A stretch of DNA of 36,821 nt from a virus (Duplodnaviria; Heunggongvirae; Uroviricota; Caudoviricetes): IMG/VR virus record IMGVR_UViG_3300013426_000020; one strand, given 5' to 3'. The translations under genes and the position numbers were made by a program. Positions within the stretch are counted from its first letter, which is position 1. Every line of letters begins with the position of its first letter. Below are positions 1 through 9,603 of the stretch, one piece after another. The notes under the pieces were generated by a model, which saw nothing but the letters and a program-made list of their open reading frames with translations, was not told the origin of the DNA and made no database searches.

Positions 1-74
1 TGATTTATGTATTCATAAATCAAACTTCTATCTTCCTGATTTTCAAGACAATATTTTATCTTCAGGGTTGTCAT
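1..74 (-). mobile_element. 5' end of a second TnpB-like gene running off the window (partial)
   Basis: Reverse strand from ATG at 74 reads MTTLKIKYCLENQEDRSLIYEYINQ, resembling the N-terminus MQTIKLKYKVSEEDKDLLFEYIRQ of the TnpB-like ORF at 20697. Confidence 0.55.
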
Positions 75-96
75 TGATTTTTTTTTTTTGAAATAT

Positions 97-399
97 CTAT
101 ATAAAGTATTTATGAAAAATATTTTTATTATTTTTTAGATAAATTTTATTGTTTTTATTGATTTGGATACAATATTCACCTTGATCATCATCTTTCATCA
201 TATCACTTTTAAATATGTAAAGATATTTACTATTTTCTTTAAGATAAAAATTTGTTTTTAAATTTGAAGTATTGTAATGAGATGTTAAATAATCATATAA
301 AGTTTCAAGATTTTCATCTTCTCTTTTTTCATTTCCCATAAGGTCTCTCTTTGCAATATCACCGAGAATTCCTTCAGTTATTTCACTTAATTTCTTCAT
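97..399 (-). CDS. Hypothetical protein, MKKLSEITE-GILGDIA leader family (putative virion-internal protein)
   Basis: Shares a ~30-aa N-terminal leader with 1277..1738 and 14812..15759. Confidence 0.75.
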   Translation of the reverse strand: MKKLSEITEGILGDIAKRDLMGNEKREDENLETLYDYLTSHYNTSNLKTNFYLKENSKYLYIFKSDMMKDDDQGEYCIQINKNNKIYLKNNKNIFHKYFI

Positions 400-403
400 A
401 TTT

Positions 404-1258
404 CTAACAAGTCAATATATACCATGGTGCAGACATATCCTTCAATTCCTGTATAATATTTTCCTTTTCAGTATTGCCTTCATTTGCAATAGCTTCGGCA
501 TTGATAGAAATATTTCCTGGAAGTTGATAGGAAAATGAATTCAAAATACGACCCATCTGCGACTTCGTGTCCGCCATAACATATCTACGGAACATATCAT
601 CATTATACAAATCACAATCGGATACCCTTACCAATACATCAAGTACCACATCTCCCTTTGGAAGTTCCCCCAGAAACCGGATGTTATTTGAAAGTCTGTT
701 ATATCTGTATGAAATCATATGATTGAACAACTGTCTTGACATATCAAGAAATGCTTCCGTACAAACATAATACATAGTATTGTCAGCACTCACTGCAAGA
801 GTTCTGTCATATACTGACTGATATACCATCCTTTGAAGACTTATGTCTCCGGAATTCTTACCGAGAAGACCTGTGTTCCAACCAGCTTCTCCGCTGAATT
901 GATTGTCATAAACTCCCACTACCGACACAACACCCTCCGGCAACATAAATGTTCCACGTCTGTCATCAAGAACAGAACTGTCCTTCTCTGTCTTCATATG
1001 TGCGATACCTTTCATAAAACTTTTCTTCTCTATTTCAGTATGGGGTATTGCAATGAACATTTCTTCTGTTGCATCTTCATACATCTTATAGAACATAGTT
1101 TTCGCATTCTTCACAAGCTGGGCAATGGATTCTGCGGGAATTGTAAACGGAATTGAACCATTCACTGTAAGTTCATTCTGTATACTTTCCACAAAATCAT
1201 TCAGACATTCTACTTCATCAAGATTTGAACAATTTACAAGACTGCTGACCTTTGACAT
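404..1258 (-). CDS. Putative neck/head-tail adaptor protein (T4 gp13-like)
   Basis: 284 aa; C-terminal RYVMADTKSQMGRIL..FSYQLPGNISINAEAIANEG resembles the gp13 family pattern. Confidence 0.55.
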   Translation of the reverse strand: MSKVSSLVNCSNLDEVECLNDFVESIQNELTVNGSIPFTIPAESIAQLVKNAKTMFYKMYEDATEEMFIAIPHTEIEKKSFMKGIAHMKTEKDSSVLDDRRGTFMLPEGVVSVVGVYDNQFSGEAGWNTGLLGKNSGDISLQRMVYQSVYDRTLAVSADNTMYYVCTEAFLDMSRQLFNHMISYRYNRLSNNIRFLGELPKGDVVLDVLVRVSDCDLYNDDMFRRYVMADTKSQMGRILNSFSYQLPGNISINAEAIANEGNTEKENIIQELKDMSAPWYILTC

Positions 1259-1276
1259 AATAAAACAATTATATAG

Positions 1277-1738
1277 TTATTTATGATAAATTATCATTTT
1301 CTTATCCAGATGATCAATCAAATCATATATGAAATTCATCACATCACCCTGTCTTCTTATTTTTATTTTCATAATCTTTGAACCATATGTGGAGTTATTT
1401 ATCATATTGCCATCATATTGTTTTTCAAAATATGGATAAAGTTCAGGAATTATATTTTTATTTCCTACAAAAACTGAAATTTCAATGTCATAAACATTAT
1501 TTGGTTTTATTATGGTCATTGAGTATAAAATTCCTTCGTATGTTCCCATATTGCTGAACAAAATCTCATCATCAATCATCATAAGTGTGGATAATTTATC
1601 ATTTTCAACTTTGCAATGTGCAATTATATCTTTAAACAAATTTTCAAGACTTTCATCTTCTTTCTTCTTGTTTCCTGCAAGATCTCTTCTTGCAATATCT
1701 CCGAGAATTCCTTCTGTTATCTTGCTCAATTTTTTCAT
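1277..1738 (-). CDS. Hypothetical protein, GILGDIA leader family
   Basis: MKKLSKITEGILGDIARRDLAG leader; TATAAATA on the minus strand just upstream. Confidence 0.8.
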   Translation of the reverse strand: MKKLSKITEGILGDIARRDLAGNKKKEDESLENLFKDIIAHCKVENDKLSTLMMIDDEILFSNMGTYEGILYSMTIIKPNNVYDIEISVFVGNKNIIPELYPYFEKQYDGNMINNSTYGSKIMKIKIRRQGDVMNFIYDLIDHLDKKMIIYHK

Positions 1739-1757
1739 ATAAACATTTCCATATAGT

Positions 1758-1776
1758 TATTTATAAATCATAAATA
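1758..1776. promoter_or_regulatory. Divergent T4-late-like promoters (TATAAATA on -, CATAAATA on +)
   Basis: tatttata at 1758-1765 and cataaata at 1769-1776 between divergent genes. Confidence 0.5.
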
Positions 1777-1799
1777 ATTATATAAGTTTTTGAGACTAT

Positions 1800-3221
1800 A
1801 TGACAAACTATTATTCCACAAGATATTTTCAACTGACTCCAGAAATCCTTATAGAATACAGATATACTGACTTGAACATAACTGTAGAACAGGACGGGGA
1901 TGTCAGTGACTACATTGTGGATTTGGGAGACAATCCTGCATCAATCATAAACAGTTCATATGATGCAAGCAACAACTTTGTATTGAACAGTTCATTATCA
2001 AGCTTTGTATTACCTACAAACAGATCTGAGTCAAAGTTCATACAATGTTCTTACAAATCAGGGACATCAACAAAATATATATGGAACATATTGTCAAACA
2101 ATATGTCAAACAAGTCTCTGGATGTTCCCACAGAAAATGACAAGGATATCATATTTGACAATTTCAGAGTTCATTTTACAAGTAGGAATGTATTTGGAGA
2201 TTATGATGGGATAATCTTGAAAGGAATAGTTTATGACACAAACAAGAACAAGATGTGTCTTCTGTCTCACTGCATAAAAAAGACCGACAATGTGGTGATA
2301 AACCATAGTCCTATGCTCATAAACCAGAAACTTTATACAACATATCTTGATTTCAGAATACCTAGTGTGGGTGCATTGTTGAATATGACAGAATTTGGTG
2401 GTGAATCAAACCTGTTGAAGAGCATATTTCCTGTTTATGGAATTATGAGCAATACTCCACTTGTAATGTCCATATATGGTATAAAATCAATTGCTGACTA
2501 CAACAATTTTGAATACTATAACACAGAAAGAATCAACTCCATCTCAATACCTTCAGAAGACTCTTACAGTAGTTTGAGTATAAAGTTGAAGGAAGCCGAT
2601 GACGGGGATTATTTTGAAATATATCCAGTGGTAGATGATGGATCCACTTCATTTTCAGACTATATATACAAGATATCCGGTGAGAGACCTGACACCATCA
2701 TAGTCTTGCATGAATTATCATTGACTGAATATTATACGGACAATCTCAATCAGGTGAGATCAGAAACCACACACAGGGAACATTATATAGTAAATGCCGG
2801 TCAGACTGATGACGGAACAGAAATAAATGAAGATGATCTTGAGAAGATTATGACATACAGACCCATAGTTTCTCATGGCGGTAAAATTGTAAGTTTCACC
2901 ATAGAAGATCAGATGAAGATAGTCAATACTCTTGACAACACTACAATAGTGAAGACAGGAACATTGAAATATGGTTATGACAATGGCAAGAACCCAAGTA
3001 AATACGGAAAAAGAATGAACAAGATTTATCTGGGGGAAATACCTGCACAGGTAAATGTGTATAACAAAAAACCAGACATTGACACAGACAATGTAAAGAT
3101 AACAAATTCAGGTGCAAATGTAAAGATTGAAAACCATCAACACTCGATAGTGGGATTTATAGAATGTGCAAATGTGGGTGTTTCAATAGAACAGATTCCA
3201 ACGACATCATTTGACAGATAA
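1800..3221 (+). CDS. Hypothetical protein, possibly structural
   Basis: 473-aa ORF with the genome's codon usage, late-like promoter upstream, terminator downstream. Confidence 0.8.
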   Translation: MTNYYSTRYFQLTPEILIEYRYTDLNITVEQDGDVSDYIVDLGDNPASIINSSYDASNNFVLNSSLSSFVLPTNRSESKFIQCSYKSGTSTKYIWNILSNNMSNKSLDVPTENDKDIIFDNFRVHFTSRNVFGDYDGIILKGIVYDTNKNKMCLLSHCIKKTDNVVINHSPMLINQKLYTTYLDFRIPSVGALLNMTEFGGESNLLKSIFPVYGIMSNTPLVMSIYGIKSIADYNNFEYYNTERINSISIPSEDSYSSLSIKLKEADDGDYFEIYPVVDDGSTSFSDYIYKISGERPDTIIVLHELSLTEYYTDNLNQVRSETTHREHYIVNAGQTDDGTEINEDDLEKIMTYRPIVSHGGKIVSFTIEDQMKIVNTLDNTTIVKTGTLKYGYDNGKNPSKYGKRMNKIYLGEIPAQVNVYNKKPDIDTDNVKITNSGANVKIENHQHSIVGFIECANVGVSIEQIPTTSFDR

Positions 3222-3223
3222 AC

Positions 3224-3252
3224 AAAATGGAGAGTAATAACTCTCCATTTTT
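3224..3252. terminator. Bidirectional intrinsic terminator
   Basis: aaaatggagag-taataa-ctctccattttt between convergent genes. Confidence 0.8.
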
Positions 3253-3959
3253 TATATCCACTCATCATGAACAAATGTTCCATCAACTTCTGTAGACAGG
3301 ACAAATTTCAAAGGTTTCATTGTGATTTTCTTCCTGAACTTCTCATTGACATATTTCTTACCCATTCCAGGTTTCAAATATGCTATCGTTATATGAGGTT
3401 TATAATCAGGATAATCGTTCTTGTATTCACAATTCTTCCTTATCTTTTCATTTGTCTTGTATAGATTGTCATTATGTGCAGTCATTTTGAGTACATCAAA
3501 CTTCTCATTCTCAAACAGACTTGAACCATAGCAGACAGTTTCATATTCCTTCAAAGGAAGAACAAGTTCTTTGAGATCATCAACAGTAACATCATCTCTC
3601 AAACCGTACAATATGGTTGTGTGTTGTTCCATTTCAAGACTTTTGTAATCATCATCTGACAAGTCATCTTTCCTTATTTCCTTCTGTATTTCAATTATTT
3701 CATCTGATGGCTCATAATAAACCATAAGACACTTGTTGAACTTATGTTCATCATTGCTTTCATCTACTTTGACTATATCAAAAGATTTGTTCAGTTCATC
3801 ATTTTTCTTTCTTATACTGTCAATATCAATATTTGAACTGGACTTACTTTCATTTTCTTTCTCCTTCCAGAATGTCTCAAAATCCTTTATACTTCCCTGA
3901 TAGTATCTTATCCTTTTGAGTATAGGATTTTCCTGATTTTCTCTGTTATCTTTCTTCAT
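3252..3959 (-). CDS. 2H phosphoesterase (Acb1/2'-5' RNA ligase-like)
   Basis: Two HxT motifs, QHTTILYG and PHITIAY, with typical spacing. Confidence 0.75.
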   Translation of the reverse strand: MKKDNRENQENPILKRIRYYQGSIKDFETFWKEKENESKSSSNIDIDSIRKKNDELNKSFDIVKVDESNDEHKFNKCLMVYYEPSDEIIEIQKEIRKDDLSDDDYKSLEMEQHTTILYGLRDDVTVDDLKELVLPLKEYETVCYGSSLFENEKFDVLKMTAHNDNLYKTNEKIRKNCEYKNDYPDYKPHITIAYLKPGMGKKYVNEKFRKKITMKPLKFVLSTEVDGTFVHDEWI

Positions 3960-3980
3960 AAAACAATATCTATAAATTAT

Positions 3981-4607
3981 TTATGAAAGAATTGTCCACA
4001 ATTCCTTGAAACTTGATGTGTCTTCATAAGAAAGCAGAACATATCCATGATCAGCATATCCCGTCCCCCATGAATTCCTGATTATGTATCCCTTTTCATC
4101 CCATCCAACTATTGTGATTGAATGCCATCCTTCTGGTTTCATTTTTGTCTTTTTCCAAAAAGTTTGAGACTCTGAATCATAAACAGGAAGAGCTCCGAAA
4201 CATGGACCATTTGCAAGCAAGGCTGCCTTCAGCAACATATGACTTGATATAAATCCAGCATCCTTTATTTTTACTATTCCAGAATCAGTCTTCACTCCTT
4301 TTTTCTTCAAAGTATCAAATGCCTCCTGATATGTCATACCTTCCCCAAACATACTTTTCTTACCTTTATAGATATCCTCATATCTTATATGATTATCAAT
4401 GGTAAGTCCTTTCTTTGTATTCATCTTCCAATTCAACCATGTCGCAATGGAATGTGGAATACAGTATGGATTACATCCCTGATCTGTAATGGGGGAAAGA
4501 AATGGTCTATAAGAAAACTTCACAGGGATGTTCATAGTCTTCGGTGCCTGATACTTGACAGTCTTATCAGTAATCAAAGTAGGAATAAAACCATAATTTC
4601 TTTTCAT
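3981..4607 (-). CDS. Papain-like (C1 family) cysteine peptidase
   Basis: DQGCNPYC (Gln/Cys), WHSITIVGW (His), IRNSWG (Asn). Confidence 0.85.
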   Translation of the reverse strand: MKRNYGFIPTLITDKTVKYQAPKTMNIPVKFSYRPFLSPITDQGCNPYCIPHSIATWLNWKMNTKKGLTIDNHIRYEDIYKGKKSMFGEGMTYQEAFDTLKKKGVKTDSGIVKIKDAGFISSHMLLKAALLANGPCFGALPVYDSESQTFWKKTKMKPEGWHSITIVGWDEKGYIIRNSWGTGYADHGYVLLSYEDTSSFKELWTILS

Positions 4608-4942
4608 TGTTCAATAACTTTTTTATTTATAATAAACAGACTGTCCTGATATGTATATAATGTATATATAACACCTGTTGAGTCTGTCAAATTCTTGATA
4701 TATACATATTTATATGCAATATATTTACCAAGAGTATCATCAATTATAGAAGAAGACTGTATCCAATCATGTTCAATATCAAATGACAATGTATCCATGA
4801 TAAACACTGAATCAACCTGTTTTCTTGAAAGGGTGTCTTCATAAGTTATCATCTTCAAATCCTGTAATTTGTGATTAACTTTTCTTTGACATGTTGAAAC
4901 TGAAAGAAACAATGTCAATAAAATGATAATAAACTTTGACAT
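4604..4942 (-). CDS. Putative lipoprotein
   Basis: MSKFIIILLTLFLSVSTC: hydrophobic signal ending in a lipobox-like Cys. Confidence 0.6.
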   Translation of the reverse strand: MSKFIIILLTLFLSVSTCQRKVNHKLQDLKMITYEDTLSRKQVDSVFIMDTLSFDIEHDWIQSSSIIDDTLGKYIAYKYVYIKNLTDSTGVIYTLYTYQDSLFIINKKVIEQ

Positions 4943-4994
4943 ATAATGTTGTTATTTTTATTGTTGATTTATTTATGAACTATAAATAATTATA

Positions 4995-5771
4995 ATGGAA
5001 AAAAATTACTATGATATTCTTGGTGTGAGTAAGAATGCCACACAGGATGAAATAAAAAAAGCATTTAGAACTTTGTCAAAAAAATATCACCCAGATAAAA
5101 ATGGTGGAGATGACACAAAATTCAAGGAGATAAATGAGGCTTACTCCACATTGAGTGATGAACAAAAAAGAAGACAGTATGATAATCCCAATCCATTTAC
5201 AGAAGGATTTGGAAATGGATTCAATCCATGGTCAAATTTTTCAGGTTTCAGAAAAATGGCATCGGATGTTCAGGTTCAAATCATAATAGATATTGAAGAA
5301 GCTCACACAGGATGCACACACATAATCAATATAGGGAATAAAACCCTTTCTATTGATATACCAAAAGGAACACTGAACAACAAAATAATAAAGATACCAG
5401 GTATGGGTCAGAGTGGATATAACATATACGGACAGGAGACCACTGGTGATCTCATAGTGACCGTCAAGGTAAAAAATACAGACAAACTATGGTTAAATGA
5501 CAATGGTCTTCTTGAAACAATGTGTGGAGTCGAGTGGATTGATGCTATACTGGGAGGTGAAGGAACAGTTGAAATATTTGGTAATCAAGTAAAATACAGA
5601 ATACCAAAATACACCCAGAATGGAGGGTTCACCATTGTAGGTGGAAAGGGATTTCACAAATTCAAATCTGATGACTGTGGAAACCTGAAAGTGAATTTCA
5701 TTGTGAAGATGCCAAAGAAACTGACTGATGAACAGATAAATCTCCTGAAAAAAATAAAAGAAGGGTTATAA
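4995..5771 (+). CDS. dnaJ: DnaJ/CbpA-type co-chaperone
   Basis: J domain with HPD (YHPDKNGG), G/F-rich linker, C-terminal DnaJ domains, no zinc finger; TATAAATA at 4981. Confidence 0.9.
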   Translation: MEKNYYDILGVSKNATQDEIKKAFRTLSKKYHPDKNGGDDTKFKEINEAYSTLSDEQKRRQYDNPNPFTEGFGNGFNPWSNFSGFRKMASDVQVQIIIDIEEAHTGCTHIINIGNKTLSIDIPKGTLNNKIIKIPGMGQSGYNIYGQETTGDLIVTVKVKNTDKLWLNDNGLLETMCGVEWIDAILGGEGTVEIFGNQVKYRIPKYTQNGGFTIVGGKGFHKFKSDDCGNLKVNFIVKMPKKLTDEQINLLKKIKEGL

Positions 5772-5784
5772 ACCTTCTTTTTTT
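5757..5784. terminator. Intrinsic terminator
   Basis: aaaagaagggtt-ata-aaccttcttttttt. Confidence 0.7.
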
Positions 5785-5877
5785 ATATATTGATGTGGAC
5801 CGTTTGTATATATTATATAATATATTAGGATTAAACTATGTTTTCTAAAAATTCTATAATAATTTATTTATAGAATT

Positions 5878-6423
5878 CTAGAAAACAAAATCTATTATAT
5901 TATTTACATTATTTACATCACAAAGAAAGTCTATATTCACCTTTGTTTCATATTTGTTTCCTGATATTTCTCTTGATGTAAGACCTTTATCCTTATAATA
6001 TCCTTTGAATGCCTTTACTACAACTGTTATTGTATCAAGGTCTGTAGCTTTTGTGAGATCTGAATAATTTGTTCTTCCTATATATAGTTTTCCTGGTTTT
6101 TCTACAACAACATTAGGAAGTATCTTGTTTATAAGATGTGATTTTATCTGTTCAACAGATTTTGAAGAATCAAGAATATATCCACCAAATGACTGTCCAT
6201 TGATGGATTCATTCATAAGATAACCAAGTTTTGTATATTGTTGCATTTCACCTCCTGTCCCATAACAGTCAAACCAGAATGGTACCCTTTCTTCAATCAG
6301 TTTGCATAGAATTGTTTCAAAGGTATTTTTGAAATTGTTGTATGTAAGTTTCTGTCCTTCCCTTTCACTTCTGTAATTTGTTAAAGCGCCTTCATTGAGG
6401 AACTGTTTCCAAGTTATCATCAT
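5878..6423 (-). CDS. Hypothetical protein with capsid-targeting-like N-terminus
   Basis: MMITWKQFLNE|G; CATAAATA upstream on the minus strand. Confidence 0.75.
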   Translation of the reverse strand: MMITWKQFLNEGALTNYRSEREGQKLTYNNFKNTFETILCKLIEERVPFWFDCYGTGGEMQQYTKLGYLMNESINGQSFGGYILDSSKSVEQIKSHLINKILPNVVVEKPGKLYIGRTNYSDLTKATDLDTITVVVKAFKGYYKDKGLTSREISGNKYETKVNIDFLCDVNNVNNIIDFVF

Positions 6424-6494
6424 AATGATTATTATTCAAAATCTTTATAAGATATTTATGCAAGATCATAAATAACTATATAATGATTTTTATT

Positions 6495-6800
6495 ATGGAT
6501 ATAAAGAAGATACTGACAGATATTGTGGAGAATGCAAACAATAGTCCTGCATGTAAGGACTGTACTTCATATAAAAATGGGGGGTGTTCATTCGGATGTT
6601 TGAATGAGAAAGTAAAAATTACTTCACCGAATTATTCTTGCAATAATTTCAAAAGCAAATATGAATATGATGAAAGTACTGTTGCCGTTCTTACAGATCT
6701 TTTCAATGATGTGAAGAGAGTTGATGAAGGACTGAAGAATTTTGAACTCCTTATTGATGGAAAGATAACTGAGAAGGATTTTGTTGATATTGAAAAATAA
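6495..6800 (+). CDS. Hypothetical Cys-rich protein
   Basis: CxxCxxxxxxxC...C cluster; start adjusted to MDIKK. Confidence 0.65.
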   Translation: MDIKKILTDIVENANNSPACKDCTSYKNGGCSFGCLNEKVKITSPNYSCNNFKSKYEYDESTVAVLTDLFNDVKRVDEGLKNFELLIDGKITEKDFVDIEK

Positions 6801-6807
6801 ATAAATT

Positions 6808-7260
6808 ATGATAAAGACATTTGAAGATTTTTTGAATGAAGATTTGAATTTCACCATATCAGATACAGGAGATTGCAGACTGTCTGCAAGATGGTTTTAT
6901 TATAATCCCGATGATGACATAATATATGGAAGTGATGAAAAACCCATAGGTGATAATGTGTTGTTTTCTTTCAATCCTGTTTCCTGTATATTCATTATGA
7001 ATGGTGAAGAGAAGAATTATGATGTGAATGATCCCATTCTTCTTGTGAAGTATGATATGAAAAAAGATGAAGTTGTGGTATATACTACAAATGCTCTGGA
7101 ATATCTCAAGTCAATAGGTCTTTCAGGAAATGACTTGAATTCAAGGAAATCAAGTATTGAACTCAATGACATATTTGAGGAATATGATGATATCAAGCAT
7201 CTTCTTCTGTATGGAGATAAAATGATTGCATCGACATTTGATGTAATTGAGGAAAATTGA
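6808..7260 (+). CDS. Hypothetical protein with capsid-targeting-like N-terminus
   Basis: MIKTFEDFLNE|D. Confidence 0.75.
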   Translation: MIKTFEDFLNEDLNFTISDTGDCRLSARWFYYNPDDDIIYGSDEKPIGDNVLFSFNPVSCIFIMNGEEKNYDVNDPILLVKYDMKKDEVVVYTTNALEYLKSIGLSGNDLNSRKSSIELNDIFEEYDDIKHLLLYGDKMIASTFDVIEEN

Positions 7261-7277
7261 TATGAAAATTATATATG

Positions 7278-7313
7278 AAAAATGACTGGAAATGACCAGT
7301 CATTTTTTTTTTT
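7278..7313 (+). terminator. Intrinsic terminator
   Basis: aatgactgg-aaatga-ccagtcatt followed by a long T run. Confidence 0.85.
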
Positions 7314-7390
7314 GTTGTTGTCTTGAGTGTCGAACATATCCCTGACTACCGCATTTGATAACAACTTTATATATTTATTTATAAAATATT

Positions 7391-7421
7391 TTTGCAGTTT
7401 CATTTATTTTTGTTATCTTTG
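7391..7421 (+). promoter_or_regulatory. Bacteroidota sigma-70-type promoter
   Basis: TTTG (7391-94), 19-nt spacer, TATCTTTG (7414-21). Confidence 0.7.
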
Positions 7422-7444
7422 CATGTGAAAAGAAGTAAAACATT

Positions 7445-7669
7445 ATGACTGACAAATGCAGACAATGTAAATACTGTAAGGAAAGTATGGATACATGGAC
7501 TTATATGCCATTTCATTATTGTTTCTTGAACAAGAAATCAAGGAAGGAGATTGATGAATGTGAGAGATATAAGGACAAATATACCATTGCTGACTATTTT
7601 TCTGAAACTGCATTCGGATGGTTCATAGTTTTGATAATCATTATAATAAACATAATTTTACATATATGA
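7445..7669 (+). CDS. Small Cys-rich membrane-anchored hypothetical protein
   Basis: CxxCxxC N-terminus, hydrophobic C-terminus. Confidence 0.65.
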   Translation: MTDKCRQCKYCKESMDTWTYMPFHYCFLNKKSRKEIDECERYKDKYTIADYFSETAFGWFIVLIIIIINIILHI

Positions 7670-8058
7670 AGCATCAGAAACCAAAATTTTATGCCTTCTA
7701 TAAGGACTTCAATAATGGAACATTGAAGACAGTTGATGTGCTTTCCGGATTTTTCAATGAAAATCTTACAGAAAAGGGAACATTGAGTAAGAAGAAGTTT
7801 ACAGTTTTTGATGAAAAGACATCAAAATATGTTCCCATCACTTCAAAGGAACAGCTTGCGGAACATTTGAGAGGTTATTTCATCTATCATTACTGGTCAA
7901 AGTGTGAATGGGAATATATCATTGTTGACTGGCCTTATAAGGACAGGGTTGAAGAATCAAGACCACATAAGATTGATGTGTATGAACAGATAAGTCTGAA
8001 TATGGAACTTATTATTGATCTTGTCTGGAATTATGTTGAACTGAAAATAAAGAAATAA
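7666..8058 (+). CDS. Hypothetical protein
   Basis: Start adjusted to MKHQK; overlaps the previous stop. Confidence 0.75.
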   Translation: MKHQKPKFYAFYKDFNNGTLKTVDVLSGFFNENLTEKGTLSKKKFTVFDEKTSKYVPITSKEQLAEHLRGYFIYHYWSKCEWEYIIVDWPYKDRVEESRPHKIDVYEQISLNMELIIDLVWNYVELKIKK

Positions 8059-8059
8059 T

Positions 8060-8539
8060 ATGAACAGTCTTTTTCTTGATGATCTTCTTGAAAATCTTGA
8101 AGAAATTGTTCCTGATGTATGGACTACCAGAAGTCAGGAAAGTTTGAAATACAAGCTTGATGAAGGATACTGGAATTTTCCTATGATATGTTTTGAGAAA
8201 ACAGATGATAGTTCCTTTGAAGTGTCTATGGATGAAAGTAAGTTTCTCAATGATTCTTCACATAAAGGTTTGTGGATTGTAGGACATGATGATGACTTAA
8301 TGTATTTCATACTGAACTTGAAGGAAAATAATGGTTCTCTTGAGATTGACACAATTGAAGTCAATGAAAATATGAGGGGAGAAGGTATTGGTGGTAATAT
8401 TGTGGCAACTATTGAAAATGCTGCGGAAGATTATTATGACAGAATAGTTGTAAGTCCATTTGATACATCTGCAATGAATTTCTGGGAACATATGGAATAT
8501 AAAGAATTCTGGAATGGATATTGGATAAAGGAACTATAA
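8060..8539 (+). CDS. GNAT-family acetyltransferase
   Basis: IDTIEVNENMRGEGIGGNIV (acetyl-CoA motif A) and AMNFWEHMEY. Confidence 0.75.
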   Translation: MNSLFLDDLLENLEEIVPDVWTTRSQESLKYKLDEGYWNFPMICFEKTDDSSFEVSMDESKFLNDSSHKGLWIVGHDDDLMYFILNLKENNGSLEIDTIEVNENMRGEGIGGNIVATIENAAEDYYDRIVVSPFDTSAMNFWEHMEYKEFWNGYWIKEL

Positions 8540-8541
8540 TT

Positions 8542-8793
8542 ATGGATAAGGAAATTGAATTTGATTTGAACTTGAACTGGTATGGTTTTGCGATAGGTGC
8601 ATCAGTTCTGCTTATATTGTTGAAGGTGTTCGGTGTTATAGAATGCAGTATCTGGCTTGCACTTGCTCCTGTGCTTATTCTTGTGGGATTGACTGTGTTC
8701 ATTGTCTTTATTGTGGGTGTCATAACCTGCTATCTTATGTTTTCTGGAAAGGTTTCGGATGACAAGAATGATGATGAAGTTGATTTAGAATAA
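8542..8793 (+). CDS. Small membrane protein (two TM helices)
   Basis: Two long hydrophobic stretches. Confidence 0.7.
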   Translation: MDKEIEFDLNLNWYGFAIGASVLLILLKVFGVIECSIWLALAPVLILVGLTVFIVFIVGVITCYLMFSGKVSDDKNDDEVDLE

Positions 8794-8804
8794 ATGATGT
8801 AATT

Positions 8805-9392
8805 ATGAAGAAGTTGATAAACAGATACAGATATGAGAGAACCTTTGATGAGAAGGTTGATGAGAATGGCAAGATAACATATCCTTATCATGATGGAAAT
8901 TTGTATGCATGTTATGAAAGCAGGGATTATAAGACAAAGATGCACAAGGAGAATCTTCCTGAATACTACTGCAATGTGTGGAGATATTCAGGAAACTGGG
9001 ATGTCATCTCAGCGAAGGGTATAAAGGGTCTGTATTACAAGTGGGTCAAGGAAAATCACTTTATGAAGGACAGTCTGCTTTATGTGTCATATACGAATGA
9101 GATTGAACCTTACTATGAGACTTATACATATGAGGGAAAGGAAATAAAGAGCATATTTCCATCATACAGGAATGCGGAGCAGATGATATTCGGACACAGT
9201 ATATTCAAGTTTCTTGCATATGCCCATAAATATTCAGGTTATGACCTTTCCGTAATCAGGAATGAGGTAAAGGAGCAGTGTGAATGGTTGAATGAACATG
9301 AACCTTTCCATGTTCCTGATCTTGAAGACTGTAATGATTATGGGGAATGGTTTGATCAGAAGATAAAAAAAGCGTTTGAAGATGATAATTAG
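8805..9392 (+). CDS. Hypothetical protein
   Basis: 195-aa ORF in operon. Confidence 0.75.
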   Translation: MKKLINRYRYERTFDEKVDENGKITYPYHDGNLYACYESRDYKTKMHKENLPEYYCNVWRYSGNWDVISAKGIKGLYYKWVKENHFMKDSLLYVSYTNEIEPYYETYTYEGKEIKSIFPSYRNAEQMIFGHSIFKFLAYAHKYSGYDLSVIRNEVKEQCEWLNEHEPFHVPDLEDCNDYGEWFDQKIKKAFEDDN

Positions 9393-9603
9393 GGATATAA
9401 TTGCTGGACTTGAAAATGATAAAAAAGTTCTTGTTGATGAAAACAAGAAATTGAAGGATAAAATTGAAGTTCTTGAAAGGGAGAAATCCCGTGTAGAGAA
9501 TGAACTTGATTCATTGAAGAAACTTCTGGAAGTGAAAGATGAACAGAAGACAGATGAAACAAAGAAAAGAAAGAAATCAAAAGTTGATAATTTTGAAGAG
9601 TAA
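9376..9603 (+). CDS. Hypothetical coiled-coil protein
   Basis: Charged heptad-like pattern; fills the gap between flanking genes. Confidence 0.65.
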   Translation: MKMIIRDIIAGLENDKKVLVDENKKLKDKIEVLEREKSRVENELDSLKKLLEVKDEQKTDETKKRKKSKVDNFEE

